A stretch of 64,000 bases of DNA from an uncultured archaeon (GTDB lineage: Archaea > Thermoproteota > Bathyarchaeia > Bathyarchaeales > Bathycorpusculaceae): contig CAWALK010000015.1 of assembly GCA_963782915.1 (NCBI GenBank), forward strand, positions 160,001 to 224,000, given 5' to 3'. How positions within the stretch are numbered: the stretch's first letter is position 1; each line of letters opens with the position of its first letter. The position numbers and the translations under genes are program-made. Of the stretch, positions 41,314 through 51,861 are shown piece after piece. The notes under the pieces were generated by a model. That model did not search any database, was not told where the DNA came from, and saw only the letters and a list, made by a program, of their open reading frames with translations.

Positions 41314-42043
41314 ATGCTTATGCTAAATAGAGCCAGCTGGAAGCAACGGATTTTCGGGTACCGTAACCTAATCAGAAGCATCCAGCAGCAAACCATCTTT
41401 CGTATGCTAAACCTTCAAGATGGCGATGTAGTGCTGGATTGCGGATGCGGCGACGGATATTACCTTAACAGCATGGTTGAATGTAGGGCAAATCCAGTTG
41501 CACTGGATTGGAGACTGCCAAAGGGTGTACATTTCTTACGCAACAAACAACCGAAGGTGCCATTTCTAAGAGTCGACGCTCAAAAGCTGCCTTTTGCCGA
41601 TAGCCAATTTGACAAGGTTTTGCTTTCCAGTGTGTTACAGATGGTCGAGAACGATGAAGAGTTGCTCCGTGAATGCCATAGAGTTCTGGGGAATTCAGGT
41701 GTTTTGGTGCTGTCGGTTACGATGGATTACCGTTTTTTTGATACCTTAAACACCGCTAAGTCAGAGCTAAAGGCACGGTTCGGCGTCAGGGGTACAGGAT
41801 ACTATAGTTTGGATGAAGTGAAGGGGTTGCTCGAGAAGGATTTTAGGGTATCAGAGATAGAGTATTCGCCGAAGCTGTTGGGTTCGCTGCTTTATGAGGC
41901 TGAGCTTTACCTGTGGTACCGTTTCAGGATTCCGTTTCTCAGCGCTGCTAATGTTCCCAATTTTTGGGGTAATCGCCTTCTTTGATAGACACTTAGGTGG
42001 GCAAGTCGGCGATGAGTTAATCATTAAGGCACAAAAGCGTTGA
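41314..42043 (+). CDS. class I SAM-dependent methyltransferase, frameshift near 41950
   Basis: VLDCGCGDG, LPFADSQFDKV and ECHRVL motifs. Confidence 0.8.
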
Positions 42044-42211
42044 TTTTTGGCAACCGTTTTTTAGGGCGAGTAGGTGTTTCTCTGTAGCGTCGATGAAGAC
42101 AATTGCACGTAAGAACTGGAGAAATCCAGAGTGACTGAATATGCATTAGTGTACTGAGCCGCCCATGGCAACATTAATTAAATCAATGTGAAGTATTGCT
42201 GGTAGATTATT

Positions 42212-42544
42212 ATGCCCAAGAACCCAATTGGTCCATTCTGGTTCATCAGAGATGGCGAGAAATTAATCCAATGTAACAAAGAAGCGTTTGACAAAGCCAT
42301 CACTGAAGGAAAAAGCGTCAAGTACAATGGGTATCCTAACATGCGACTGGAAAAAATTGCGGAAGCACTTGAGGCTTCTAGGATGCTCTTACTGTCTCAA
42401 CCAGATTTGCCCACTAGATTCCGTGCAGTGCTCACTGACCCAGCAAACGTGGTAGCAATCGAAGTCATTGACGTTAACGACGCTGAATTCTGGGTTCATG
42501 AATCAAAAAACCCAAAGTACCAAAACACGTTTAGCAAACAATAA
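42212..42544 (+). CDS. hypothetical protein
   Basis: 110-aa ORF with ATG start and TATA-like sequence upstream. Confidence 0.65.
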   Translation: MPKNPIGPFWFIRDGEKLIQCNKEAFDKAITEGKSVKYNGYPNMRLEKIAEALEASRMLLLSQPDLPTRFRAVLTDPANVVAIEVIDVNDAEFWVHESKNPKYQNTFSKQ

Positions 42545-42586
42545 AGCCTTAAATGCATAAGGTACAGCAAAAGAGTAAGGGTACTT

Positions 42587-43057
42587 ATGAAATCAATCAT
42601 CCTTTACTCTTCTAGAAGCGGTAATACGAAAAAAATTGCTGAATCCATGGCAGTTGAGGTTGGCTGCGAAGCAATCAAAATAACCTCAGATAGTAATCCA
42701 TCTACTTTGGATTTGGAGGGGTTCGATTTGATTTTTGTCGGCACAGGGCTCTATGCGGGGACACCTAACGAGGACCTTGTGAAGTACCTTAGCAGCCTCA
42801 ACTTGAAAAGCACCAAGCAGTTTGTCCTATTCATTACTTGGGGCGGGGCACCTAGAAGCGACAAAATAGCTTTGGCGAGATTAAGGACGCTGTTGGAAGG
42901 CAAGAAACAGAAGGTACTGGAGGAACATTTTGCTTCTTACGGTGGATGGAAGGGCATTTTGATGAAAAGGGGGCACCCAAAACCCGAAGAGATCCAAGCG
43001 GCAGGTCAATGGGCTAAACAGTTAGTTGAAAAATTGAAAACTCCAAGCTCACCGTAG
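42587..43057 (+). CDS. flavodoxin family protein
   Basis: YSSRSGNTKKIAE FMN-binding loop. Confidence 0.88.
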   Translation: MKSIILYSSRSGNTKKIAESMAVEVGCEAIKITSDSNPSTLDLEGFDLIFVGTGLYAGTPNEDLVKYLSSLNLKSTKQFVLFITWGGAPRSDKIALARLRTLLEGKKQKVLEEHFASYGGWKGILMKRGHPKPEEIQAAGQWAKQLVEKLKTPSSP

Positions 43058-43117
43058 AAAATTATCTTATGGCAACAGCTACTTTTTGTGCTTCTCTGCC
43101 GCTATTGCATGCGTTGT

Positions 43118-43393
43118 TTAGTTGTGTGCTCTTGTTTTTTTGGCATTAGCCTTTTCGTTTCTTTCCCTATCCAGAAATTCTTCCCATTTGATGCGTTCAC
43201 TATCGATTTCTAGGGGGCAAATCACTTTGGCTATGCCATCGACTATGCCTTCGTTGCTGCCGTGTCTGCAAACCAGATTGCCGCCATCATCGATGTGAAC
43301 ATCGCAGACTTTCTGGTCGAAGCAGAGGCACTCAATCGCCATTGTAGGCTTGGGTAATAAGCAAAGAGTTTCAGTCATCCAACCTACCCGCAC
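43118..43393 (-). CDS. small Cys-containing hypothetical protein
   Basis: 91-aa ORF, no recognised family. Confidence 0.5.
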   Translation of the reverse strand: MRVGWMTETLCLLPKPTMAIECLCFDQKVCDVHIDDGGNLVCRHGSNEGIVDGIAKVICPLEIDSERIKWEEFLDRERNEKANAKKTRAHN

Positions 43394-43516
43394 AGTTGAT
43401 TTCTGCGGAAATTGTTTATAACACTTTGCTGTATCCCAGATGTTACAACATTTGTCGTTTGTAATCGATACTGTTGTTTTTGTGTAAAGGGTTTGGTAAG
43501 TGACTCATTTTATGGG

Positions 43517-44251
43517 TCAACGCTGATTCTGTTGGTTAATTTGCTGCAGAACATATCTTGCGACGTCTTCTTGCCCCAATGGCACTGGAACACGAGTTGT
43601 ATAAGTTTGGGCACCTGCTCTGCCAGACTGCGAGGTATAGGTGAATGCTAAGACTAACAAGCCCCTGTTTTGCTCTAAGGTGACTTCGTTAAAGTGAGTG
43701 AACATTGTTTTCCAAGTCACCAGTTTATTGTTTAAGAAAACGGCTTCCGCTGTAATGTAGACTTCTTTCACTCCTTCTGCACGGTTTTGTCTGTAGTTAT
43801 TCCATGCTGAAAACTGCCATGCAAACGCAACTACCCCAATCAAACCCAGCATCATTAGAAAAACAACGAATCCAGCTTCTTCATCGAGCACCCAAAAGAG
43901 AATCCCGAAGAAGAGCGCAAACCCTGAGACAATTAGGAATAAGCCTTTCTTCTCGGATTTTTCTTCAGCATACTCGTTTTGTGTGTATTCAGCCCAGAAT
44001 TGGGGTGTATAGGTCCAATGTGCCAGTATTCCTTCGCCGCGTTGGATATGGGTTACTTTTGCTGCCCAACCCAGATACATTAAACCCATGATAGCGGCAG
44101 TTATCGCGATTACGAGGCTGACGAAAGATATCGCGAATCCGCCGTCAAAACCGTCGATTCCCACCAGTTCAGGGATAAAAATCATTATCGCTGCAGACAA
44201 TGCTATTATGAATGAGGCGGTTGCGGTTCTTTTAGGTGGGTTATGGCTCAC
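43517..44251 (-). CDS. four-TM membrane protein
   Basis: Four hydrophobic segments and a soluble C-terminal domain. Confidence 0.75.
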   Translation of the reverse strand: MSHNPPKRTATASFIIALSAAIMIFIPELVGIDGFDGGFAISFVSLVIAITAAIMGLMYLGWAAKVTHIQRGEGILAHWTYTPQFWAEYTQNEYAEEKSEKKGLFLIVSGFALFFGILFWVLDEEAGFVVFLMMLGLIGVVAFAWQFSAWNNYRQNRAEGVKEVYITAEAVFLNNKLVTWKTMFTHFNEVTLEQNRGLLVLAFTYTSQSGRAGAQTYTTRVPVPLGQEDVARYVLQQINQQNQR

Positions 44252-44419
44252 TTGATTGGGGCACCTTACAGTTCAACAGAAGAGAGTGCCATATTATTCT
44301 TTGTATCTAAGCATTGGCAAGATAGAAAGAAGATACTGTTTATTGATGTAGATTCAGCAGACATAACTGCTTTTAAGTCGCACGATACCATAAAGACATA
44401 GAGCCGGATGTAATGCCCA

Positions 44420-45473
44420 GTGCTAAATAATCTAAAAATAAAATCATCAAGAATTCTTAAAAGCCGTTTAGCACTCAGCACAGTTGTAACAACACTCATT
44501 ATACTAGTCATATCCGTGTTACTTGCCGGCGTTGTATCCTACTTTGCTATCAACGTTACCAGCACACGCGTCCAAGAAGAAAGCCTTGCTGATTACTAAA
44601 CCGCACATTTGGTGCCCACAGAACTCAGCGGATAACCCTCAAGCCGCTTTAGCAATAGTTAACACCGGCGGCCGAGACGTAGTTATAACTAAAGTAACCG
44701 TTCGCGGGCAAGAGGCAATTCCGGCTAATGTTTATTACGGTACAACTGAGGACCCTGTAACTGATAAAATCGCGTATACTACCCTATCAGGGGATATATC
44801 GGTCGATATTGGCGATGGCAATTCCGTATCATTAAAAGCGTCTACAGGTGCTTTAACGTTGAATACCGGAAAAAGCCTTGTGATTTACATCGATAATCCC
44901 GACAGTATCTCCGTAAACGACGTTGGCCTTACAGTTGGAATAACGGTTTTTACTTCCCAGGCCATGTACTATAAAGAATCAAACGTCCAAACACCAGTAG
45001 AAGTAGCTGGTGAGGAAGCGCAACCTGAGCCGACTCCCACTCCGACTCCTGAAGAAGCATACATCGGCAACGAACACACATGGTACAATGAAGCTGAGAG
45101 CACATCCCAAGCAGCATTTCTAATAACAAACGGTCTCTCAGAAGCCGTAACCATAACCAGTGTCGATCTTGCAGGAGACCCAATAGCTAAGGAAGCCTTG
45201 TTCATCTACAAAGGCACGTTTTCACTAAACGATGACCTTACATGGATAACTGACGTTGGGGTGGATTCTGCCACTGTATTAGGCGGTGCAGCAACCCTGT
45301 CAGCGGTAGATGACTTTCCTATTACCTTAGAGGCGGGGCAAAGCATGATTGTCTATATTAAAAGTCCAACAAACATCGTTGTAGCCAACATCGGACATGC
45401 ATCAATGGCTATAGGGGTTACCTTGCAAACAGGTGGTCACTGCTGGGGATACGCTGACGTATTAGCGCCATAA
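44420..45473 (+). CDS. archaeal type IV pilin/archaellin-like protein, frameshift near 44590
   Basis: The frame from GTG 44420 reads KSRLALSTVVTTLIILVISVLLAGVV (class III signal peptide) and joins ORF 44523-45473. Confidence 0.75.
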
Positions 45474-45477
45474 CCCT

Positions 45478-45687
45478 CTATAAGCTAAATCTGCCCATTC
45501 TACGCAGAATCAAATTGGCTATGCCCCAAACGACCACGTCAGCAATGAGCATAACCAGAAACGGTATGTATCCCAAAAATGTTAGAATGAAAAGTATCGT
45601 AATCAGCACTATAGATATGACGCCTATTATTCTTTTTTTGTTGCGGATTTGTTGGGATGCATATTCGGATTCGGGCATAACGGTCAC
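45478..45687 (-). CDS. small two-TM membrane protein
   Basis: 69 aa, hydrophobic hairpin. Confidence 0.6.
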   Translation of the reverse strand: MTVMPESEYASQQIRNKKRIIGVISIVLITILFILTFLGYIPFLVMLIADVVVWGIANLILRRMGRFSL

Positions 45688-46084
45688 TATGCTTCAAATG
45701 CGGAAGCTCTTAAAAAGGATTTTAAGGCAAAATTGAATTTCGGTAAAGGTCATGGAAATGCTTGGCTTTTGTTATAGAACATTGCGCTTTTTTATCCAAA
45801 TTAGTGGTTCATAATCAATATTAGGCATCTACAACAAAGTTAGCTCTCGATCGCTATGCTAAGTTTAAAGGGCAAAAACCAAAAGAATGCGCTAACAACA
45901 AAACCTAATCTACAGCAGCCAAACCATCGCAAGAGCTTTTTTCTTTGCCCCTCATGCACCTGCTGGTTCACAAACCAACGCGACTTAAACTTTCACACAA
46001 AAAACTATTGCCGCAAAACCCACAAGAAAAACTAAGTCGCAACACACAACCTAAATAAGCCATTTTCGCCAATTCCGATGTACC

Positions 46085-46618
46085 TTGAACCCAATAAAAA
46101 TTAAGTTACCCCAAAACGTGGGCTTCACCTGTAAAAACTGCGGCGTCTGCTGCAAAATGCAGCCGCCCGATGTTGATAAAAACGAGCAGAAGCGCATAAA
46201 AGACAGAGGGTTTAAAGACTTTTTGGAGCAACCCGACGAGACGGGTCTTGATTGGATACGGCGAAAACAAGATGACAGCTGCTGGTTTCTAACCAAGGAT
46301 AATAAATGCCAAATCTATGATGCGCGACCTGCTGTTTGTAGGCTTGAACCATTCACTATCGTGGATTTTGATTATGAAACTAACACGGTTGAGTTGGAAC
46401 CGAATTTTCCATTTTCCGAATGCTGTGTGGGCTTCAATGAGGACCCTAAAACGGTATCCAGAGAAGATTTAGTTAAAGCTGTGCAGGTTTTGATACGTAA
46501 AATTATAGATTTGACTGCAGAGGACCTTGAGTTGCCTGTGACGGATAAGCGGGTTCTTGTTGAGACTCGTTCAAGGTTGCTTAGAAGAAGTGTTGAAGTT
46601 GCGGATTTGAATCTGTAA
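46085..46618 (+). CDS. YkgJ-family cysteine-cluster (CxxCxxCC) protein
   Basis: CKNCGVCC, CWFL and CQIYDARPAVCRLEPF motifs. Confidence 0.88.
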   Translation: MNPIKIKLPQNVGFTCKNCGVCCKMQPPDVDKNEQKRIKDRGFKDFLEQPDETGLDWIRRKQDDSCWFLTKDNKCQIYDARPAVCRLEPFTIVDFDYETNTVELEPNFPFSECCVGFNEDPKTVSREDLVKAVQVLIRKIIDLTAEDLELPVTDKRVLVETRSRLLRRSVEVADLNL

Positions 46619-46751
46619 CTGATTGTTTGCTTGCGGATTACACTGCAAACAACCTGCAACTGACCTCGCTGGAACTAAAACCCAATCGTCAGCAATGCCC
46701 GCTGGTTTGTAAATAGTGGATTAAATGGTGTGTTCTTGTTTTTGTTTTTTC

Positions 46752-46927
46752 TCTTTATGTGGGTGTGGCGGTTTTTAATTTTCCACAAGATTGCTTGAGG
46801 GGGCGACTGCATTTTGGGGTTGCAACGTTTTTTGGCGCCTGTTTAGGTGTGGGATAAGGGTTTTTCTCCACACGCCCTACATGGCTCTATGTGGACTAAG
46901 TCAGGGTGTGGATGTGGAAGCATGTAT
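46752..46927 (-). repeat. dispersed ~180-bp non-coding element B, copy 2
   Basis: Reverse complement is colinear with 25627-25804. Confidence 0.88.
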
Positions 46928-47165
46928 CGATTGTTTTTTTCTCTACAAGAACAGCTGTTTTTTGATGTTTACCGCATCTGAGTTTGGTTGCAAGTTTGCT
47001 TGTGGAGACTTCTACAAACAGAACAGCATAGATTTTTGATCGTACTATCAAATAAGAGGTGTTTACATCAACAACGAACAAATAAAAACAGACCCCCAAC
47101 ATTTGAGTACTGCTAAAGCAGTGCACTTAACCGTTTAATGCATTAGCGTGTAAACGTTTTTATCG

Positions 47166-47792
47166 TTGAGCCAAAATAGGAATTCTGCGATACCAATGCC
47201 AGACCCCATATCAACATTAACCAACACCTTCGTGTTACTTGGCACCGCATCATTCATGATAATAATCGCATTCCTCTGCACTACCCTAAGCTTCTCAAAA
47301 CTCCCAGCTACCCGACAGGGGCTTATCGCAAAACTAACAATCGGCACCGTTTTGGGTTTTCTGGCCATATACGCCACAATTATGGCTATTAAATTGCCCG
47401 ACGGCACCATACCCAACGTCAGAGAATTAGCCGCCATGATCGCAGGCGTAACAGGTGGACCAATAGCAGGTTTATTGGCGGGTTTGATTGGGGGAATTCA
47501 CCGTTTTAGCTTAAGCGGCGTTACAGCTGTGCCCTGTGGCTTGGCAACGGTTCTTGTGGGCACAATCGCAGGCCTTGTTAGCACGAGGCTTGTGGGTAAA
47601 ACGTACTGGCTAAAAGCTGCCGCCTTAGGTTTTGTTTTGGAGTCGCTTGCTATGGGGTTGGTTTTCGTGTTTGTGCCCTTCGATACAGCGTTGGGTATTG
47701 TGTCTCAGGTGTATGTTCCCATGGTTGCAGCCAGCACAGTTGGGTTGGCACTGTGGACGTTTTTGCTTAATAAATTGGAAATACAACGCTAA
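47166..47792 (+). CDS. stand-alone 5TM-5TMR_LYT (LytS/YhcK-type) receptor domain protein
   Basis: NVRELAAMIAGVTGGPIAGLLAGLIGGIHRF motif, no kinase domain. Confidence 0.82.
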   Translation: MSQNRNSAIPMPDPISTLTNTFVLLGTASFMIIIAFLCTTLSFSKLPATRQGLIAKLTIGTVLGFLAIYATIMAIKLPDGTIPNVRELAAMIAGVTGGPIAGLLAGLIGGIHRFSLSGVTAVPCGLATVLVGTIAGLVSTRLVGKTYWLKAAALGFVLESLAMGLVFVFVPFDTALGIVSQVYVPMVAASTVGLALWTFLLNKLEIQR

Positions 47793-47845
47793 CTAAACCG
47801 ATTTTTAGTTAAAAGCTTTTTTTGGTTTTCTAAAAAAGGAGAAGA

Positions 47846-48842
47846 TTAAGGCAATGTAACCGCTTGGGGCTCAAGAGCTCTAAGCGCTGACGCATCAATG
47901 TAATCGGCGATTACAGGCACGGTCTTCTGTGTCAGTTAAACCGTTGCTTATCATCCATGCGACTTCATGCTCCATAACACTTCCAAGTTTCCCTGTCAGC
48001 GTCAAAGTGCAGTTGTTACGGGACCAAACCGAAGCTATGTAAGCGTCTGTGTAGTTGAATCGGGCTTTAATTATCTGCTGAGTCTCTGCGGGGTTACTGC
48101 TTACATAATCTTGTGCATGTGCAAGCGCCACCAAAAGGTTATGGACAGTTTCTGGGTGGCTGCTTAACCAATCATTCCTGCAACTCAACACACTAAAAAA
48201 GGGTTCATCCAGCTGCAGGGGCCAATCAACAAACCCAGTTTCCAACCGCATCTTCACCTGCTCATTGTACAACTGCCAAGAAACAACCGCATCAACCGTA
48301 CCATTGCCAATAGCCTCAGCGAATTGTCCAGGCGGATAATAAACCAACGTTACATCCTGCATAGTCATGCCGTTTGCTGCCAAAAAGCGCCCAAGGTCAA
48401 ATTCGGCGACGGTGCTCTTTGCGGTGGCGACGGTTTTGCCCTTTAGGTCAGCTGGTTCGGATATTCCGCGGTCTTGTCTTGCGATTAAATCTACGATTTG
48501 TGCTTCACCCAAGGATGCGATGATGCTGATGTTCTGATTTTGGACGGCATTGAATGCGACGACATATTCGGAGGAGCCAGCAATGTCTACTGCGCCGCTT
48601 GTTAGGGCATCAACTGCGACGGTACCAGTAGCGTAATCTGAGATGGTTACGTTGAGTCGGTTGTCTGTGAAGTAACCCTGCTGCTGCGCAACATAGAGGA
48701 GCGCAAATGATTCGACTGGTACATGCCCCACCGTTACTGATTCAAGTGCGGGTGATGGCGTTAGGTTCTGGTAGACAAGTACTCCGCTGATAACTATGAT
48801 AAGTAAAACTGCCGTGACTGCGATTAGCGCCAAACGTTTCAA
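47846..48842 (-). CDS. NitT/TauT (SsuA/THI5-like) substrate-binding protein, paralog 1, frameshift near 3' end
   Basis: N-terminal TM, ADLKGKTVA, VDAVVSW. Corrected C-terminus ends at 47846. Confidence 0.82.
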
Positions 48843-48927
48843 GGGTTCCCTTACTCCGTTGCCCGTCTTTTTGAGGGATGATACTATAAAAAAATAGTGC
48901 ACCGATAAACAGGATATTAGGGAATCG

Positions 48928-49924
48928 TCACTGGATTTCGACTGCATCTGGCTTTAGTTGCTTTAAGAAGTCGATGGCTATGAAATTCCTTATTGTAGGC
49001 TCCGTTTTTTGCGTTGTCAGGTTGTTGCTTATGAGCCAATTAGCCTCTTCCTGCATAGCATCAGTCATGGTTTGTGTTAGTGAGAGGCGGAAATTGTTTC
49101 TGTTCCAAACGGTTGTAAGGTAGCTGTCGGTGTAGTTGAAATTGTCTTTAATGAGCTGCTGCGCCTCGGCGGGGTGGCTTTCGACATAGTTTTGGGCTTC
49201 TAAGAGAGATTCTATGAGGCGATTTACGGCGTCTGTGTGGGTGGTTATCCAGTCGTTTCTGCAGCTAAGAACACTATAGGCGGTTGTGTCTGCGTTAAGC
49301 GACCAACTGGTGTAGCCACTTTGCAGCTCCATTAGGATTTGATCCGTGTAGGGTTCCCAAGAAACCACTGCATCCAATGAGCCATTAACAATCGAATCTT
49401 TGAACTGTGCGGGTATAACGTTGACGATGTTGACTTCTCCCATGCTTAACCCGTTTGATTCGAGGAATTGGCCGAGATTGAATTCAGCGACTGTTTTTAG
49501 TGCGACACCGATTGTTTTACCCGAAAGATCTGAGGCATTGGTTATTTCTCGGTCGGTTCGGGCGATTAAATCCATCATTTCGCTGTCTCCAACGGCAGCT
49601 ATTATGCTGATGTTTTGTTTCTCCACCGCGTTTAGGGCAACTACATATTCAGATGAGCCAGCGACTTCGACTTCGTTGTTGGTTAGGGCGTTGACAGCGA
49701 TTGGGCCTGTGTTGTAGTCTTTTATGGTTACGTTTAGGTTGTTTTGTTCAAAATAATGTTGGTTTTGGGCGATGTAGAGTAGGGTGAAGGATTCCATGGG
49801 TACATGCCCAATAGTTACCGATTCAAGCATTGGTGCAGGAGCGTATGTTTTGGTAGATTAGTGTTCCACTAACAATTACAATTACCAGCACAGAGATTAT
49901 TGCGATTGTGACTGAACGTTTCAA
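48928..49924 (-). CDS. NitT/TauT (SsuA/THI5-like) substrate-binding protein, paralog 2, frameshift near 5' end
   Basis: SDLSGKTIG and LDAVVSWEP motifs. The TM anchor is encoded upstream of 49830 in another frame. Confidence 0.82.
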
Positions 49925-50051
49925 TTATCGGTTGCTCCATTAACACGTACCTGTTTAGCGGTATAAGGTATAAAAAAATAGTGCAACAACAGAAGCTCAA
50001 GGCAAAAAACGAAAAAAGAATAGTGGATACTACAGTGCTTGTAGTAACGTC

Positions 50052-50576
50052 TTATGAAGATGGAATTGGCAAAAACTCGCCAGTTACCGCATCAACCAAA
50101 CAGTAACCATCATGTGTTAGCGGCATCAAATCAGCTGAAGCATCGTAAGCAACGATTTGCCACATATACTGGTAAGTTACGCCGTCGATGACGAAGTCTG
50201 AATAGTCAACTTGCGGAGTATCCAAGGCATTAACGACAACAGTTTGGTTAGATGCCTCATCAACGTAGCCATAGACAAGTTTAACATCGACTCTTGTTGC
50301 CTTAAGTTCCATTAGAGAATCTTCCGTCCAAGTTGTGTATTCGAACGCTGTCAGAAGAGCAGGATACATGGCGATAGGGGGAGCGAAGGTGTTGTTTGCG
50401 TTGTCACTTACTATCTGCCCTATGGTGCTGTGGTAGAGTAATCTGTTGCTATTTTGTGCGTTAGCGTTTACTTGTTGGTTGAGATTCTGGTTTTGAACAT
50501 ATAAGTAAGCGGTCATACCTAACGAAACGATAAGGATAGCCACCAAAACAACTGATAACATTGAATTTTTATTCAT
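50052..50576 (-). CDS. membrane-anchored hypothetical protein
   Basis: N-terminal TM, C-terminal PepSY-like LVDAVTGE. Confidence 0.7.
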   Translation of the reverse strand: MNKNSMLSVVLVAILIVSLGMTAYLYVQNQNLNQQVNANAQNSNRLLYHSTIGQIVSDNANNTFAPPIAMYPALLTAFEYTTWTEDSLMELKATRVDVKLVYGYVDEASNQTVVVNALDTPQVDYSDFVIDGVTYQYMWQIVAYDASADLMPLTHDGYCLVDAVTGEFLPIPSS

Positions 50577-50703
50577 TTTAAGCCCTTAAAGCCACCTAAG
50601 CAAGCAAGCGGTAATATAAGTTTTTAGCGATCATATACAACGCTGATAAAAGACAAGGGGAAACTGCGAAAAATAGAAATTACTGAAATATTTAATTGCT
50701 GAC

Positions 50704-50997
50704 TTATGGGATTTTGGCAACGATTTCTTTTACTTCACTTAAACTAAAAGCCCTCATCGTCATCGTTTCCTGGTTCCCTGTAGCAGCAATAGCCAAAGAG
50801 AAGGCAGCAACAGTCAAATCATCTGCGAATTCAACTTTCGCCACTGCATCGTATGGTCCCATGGTAAGGTTCCAATCCAGCATTTTTCCGCCAAATTTAG
50901 CCACAGCAGCGTTGGCGCTCTCAACGTCTTTTGCGAGCGTTTTAGGATTAGCCAGCCCTTTTTGGGTTGATTTAATCAAAACTATGTAAGTCGGCAT
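50704..50997 (-). CDS. GYD domain protein
   Basis: MPTYIVL and TMGPYDAV motifs. Confidence 0.88.
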   Translation of the reverse strand: MPTYIVLIKSTQKGLANPKTLAKDVESANAAVAKFGGKMLDWNLTMGPYDAVAKVEFADDLTVAAFSLAIAATGNQETMTMRAFSLSEVKEIVAKIP

Positions 50998-51140
50998 ATT
51001 TTTCGTGCGTCTCCAAATGGAATAAACAAGTTAACACTAGGATAACTGGATTCGGCGGTTAAAAATGTTCTTAGATTTGGGGTCGGGTGAATTGGGTAAA
51101 CCTTTTATCCATTGACAATTAATGGCTAACTGGGGTAGCA

Positions 51141-51596
51141 GTGACTAAATCATTAATAGCGTTTGTAGTTGCATTCATGTTAGCGGCACTATTTTCGTTT
51201 CTCTCCTTGGCTTCCCGATTAACACTAATAGCATCATTAGCCCCCAACGATTTCCTCGGATTAGGCGCATTAAACAACGCCATAGCAATTGCTCTTAATT
51301 TGGCATGTCTTGGAGTATTTTTTGGCGCATTCTACTTTTTAGCCACAAAACATATCACGGCTTCAAAATCAACGGTTTTAGCGATGATTATCGGAGTTAT
51401 TATGGGTTCAGCAATCATGTATCCGTTAATTTTGGTCTCCTCTAGCAGCATAAGCTTTGGGTATTACTTGACTATGCTGGGTGGGTTGGTTACAGCGGTT
51501 TTTCAGTGTTTTCTCCCAGCGTTAACAGCGTTGTTATTTGTCGAATTGAGGCAGAAAACTCAAAAGGTTGAAGAGATTCCGCCAAACGTTATTTAG
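51141..51596 (+). CDS. membrane protein
   Basis: Four hydrophobic segments. Confidence 0.7.
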   Translation: MTKSLIAFVVAFMLAALFSFLSLASRLTLIASLAPNDFLGLGALNNAIAIALNLACLGVFFGAFYFLATKHITASKSTVLAMIIGVIMGSAIMYPLILVSSSSISFGYYLTMLGGLVTAVFQCFLPALTALLFVELRQKTQKVEEIPPNVI

Positions 51597-51747
51597 GGAT
51601 TTTTGCAGCAATACATAGGCTTGTTTGCCGAATCGAGTCTGTTAGTCTTAAGCGGTCGATAAACAAAAGGGCAAATAAGATATTTAGGAAAAGAAAGACA
51701 ACCCTGAGCTTCAGGTTGCCAACTGGTTGTCGGTATTTTTTTTTGTC

Positions 51748-51861
51748 TTACGGTTCTTTTGCCCAGTAGAATTTTTCGGCGCGGTAGCAATCAAAGCATA
51801 ATGGCTTTTCGTCTATGGTGTATTCGGGTTTCTTTTCGCCGCAATTTGCGCATTCATCCAT
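51748..51861 (-). CDS. putative 37-aa zinc-finger microprotein
   Basis: MDECANCGEKKPEYTIDEKPLCFDCYRAEKFYWAKEP, GGTGA Shine-Dalgarno site upstream. Confidence 0.6.
   Translation of the reverse strand: MDECANCGEKKPEYTIDEKPLCFDCYRAEKFYWAKEP

Noticed and set aside
3075-49924. Many split genes as true pseudogenes or programmed frameshifts
   Set aside because: Small shifts hit unrelated genes, including conserved ones (nnr, mfnF, HisA-like, ABC permease), while motifs stay intact. Long-read indel error is the simplest explanation. Read-level checking is needed.
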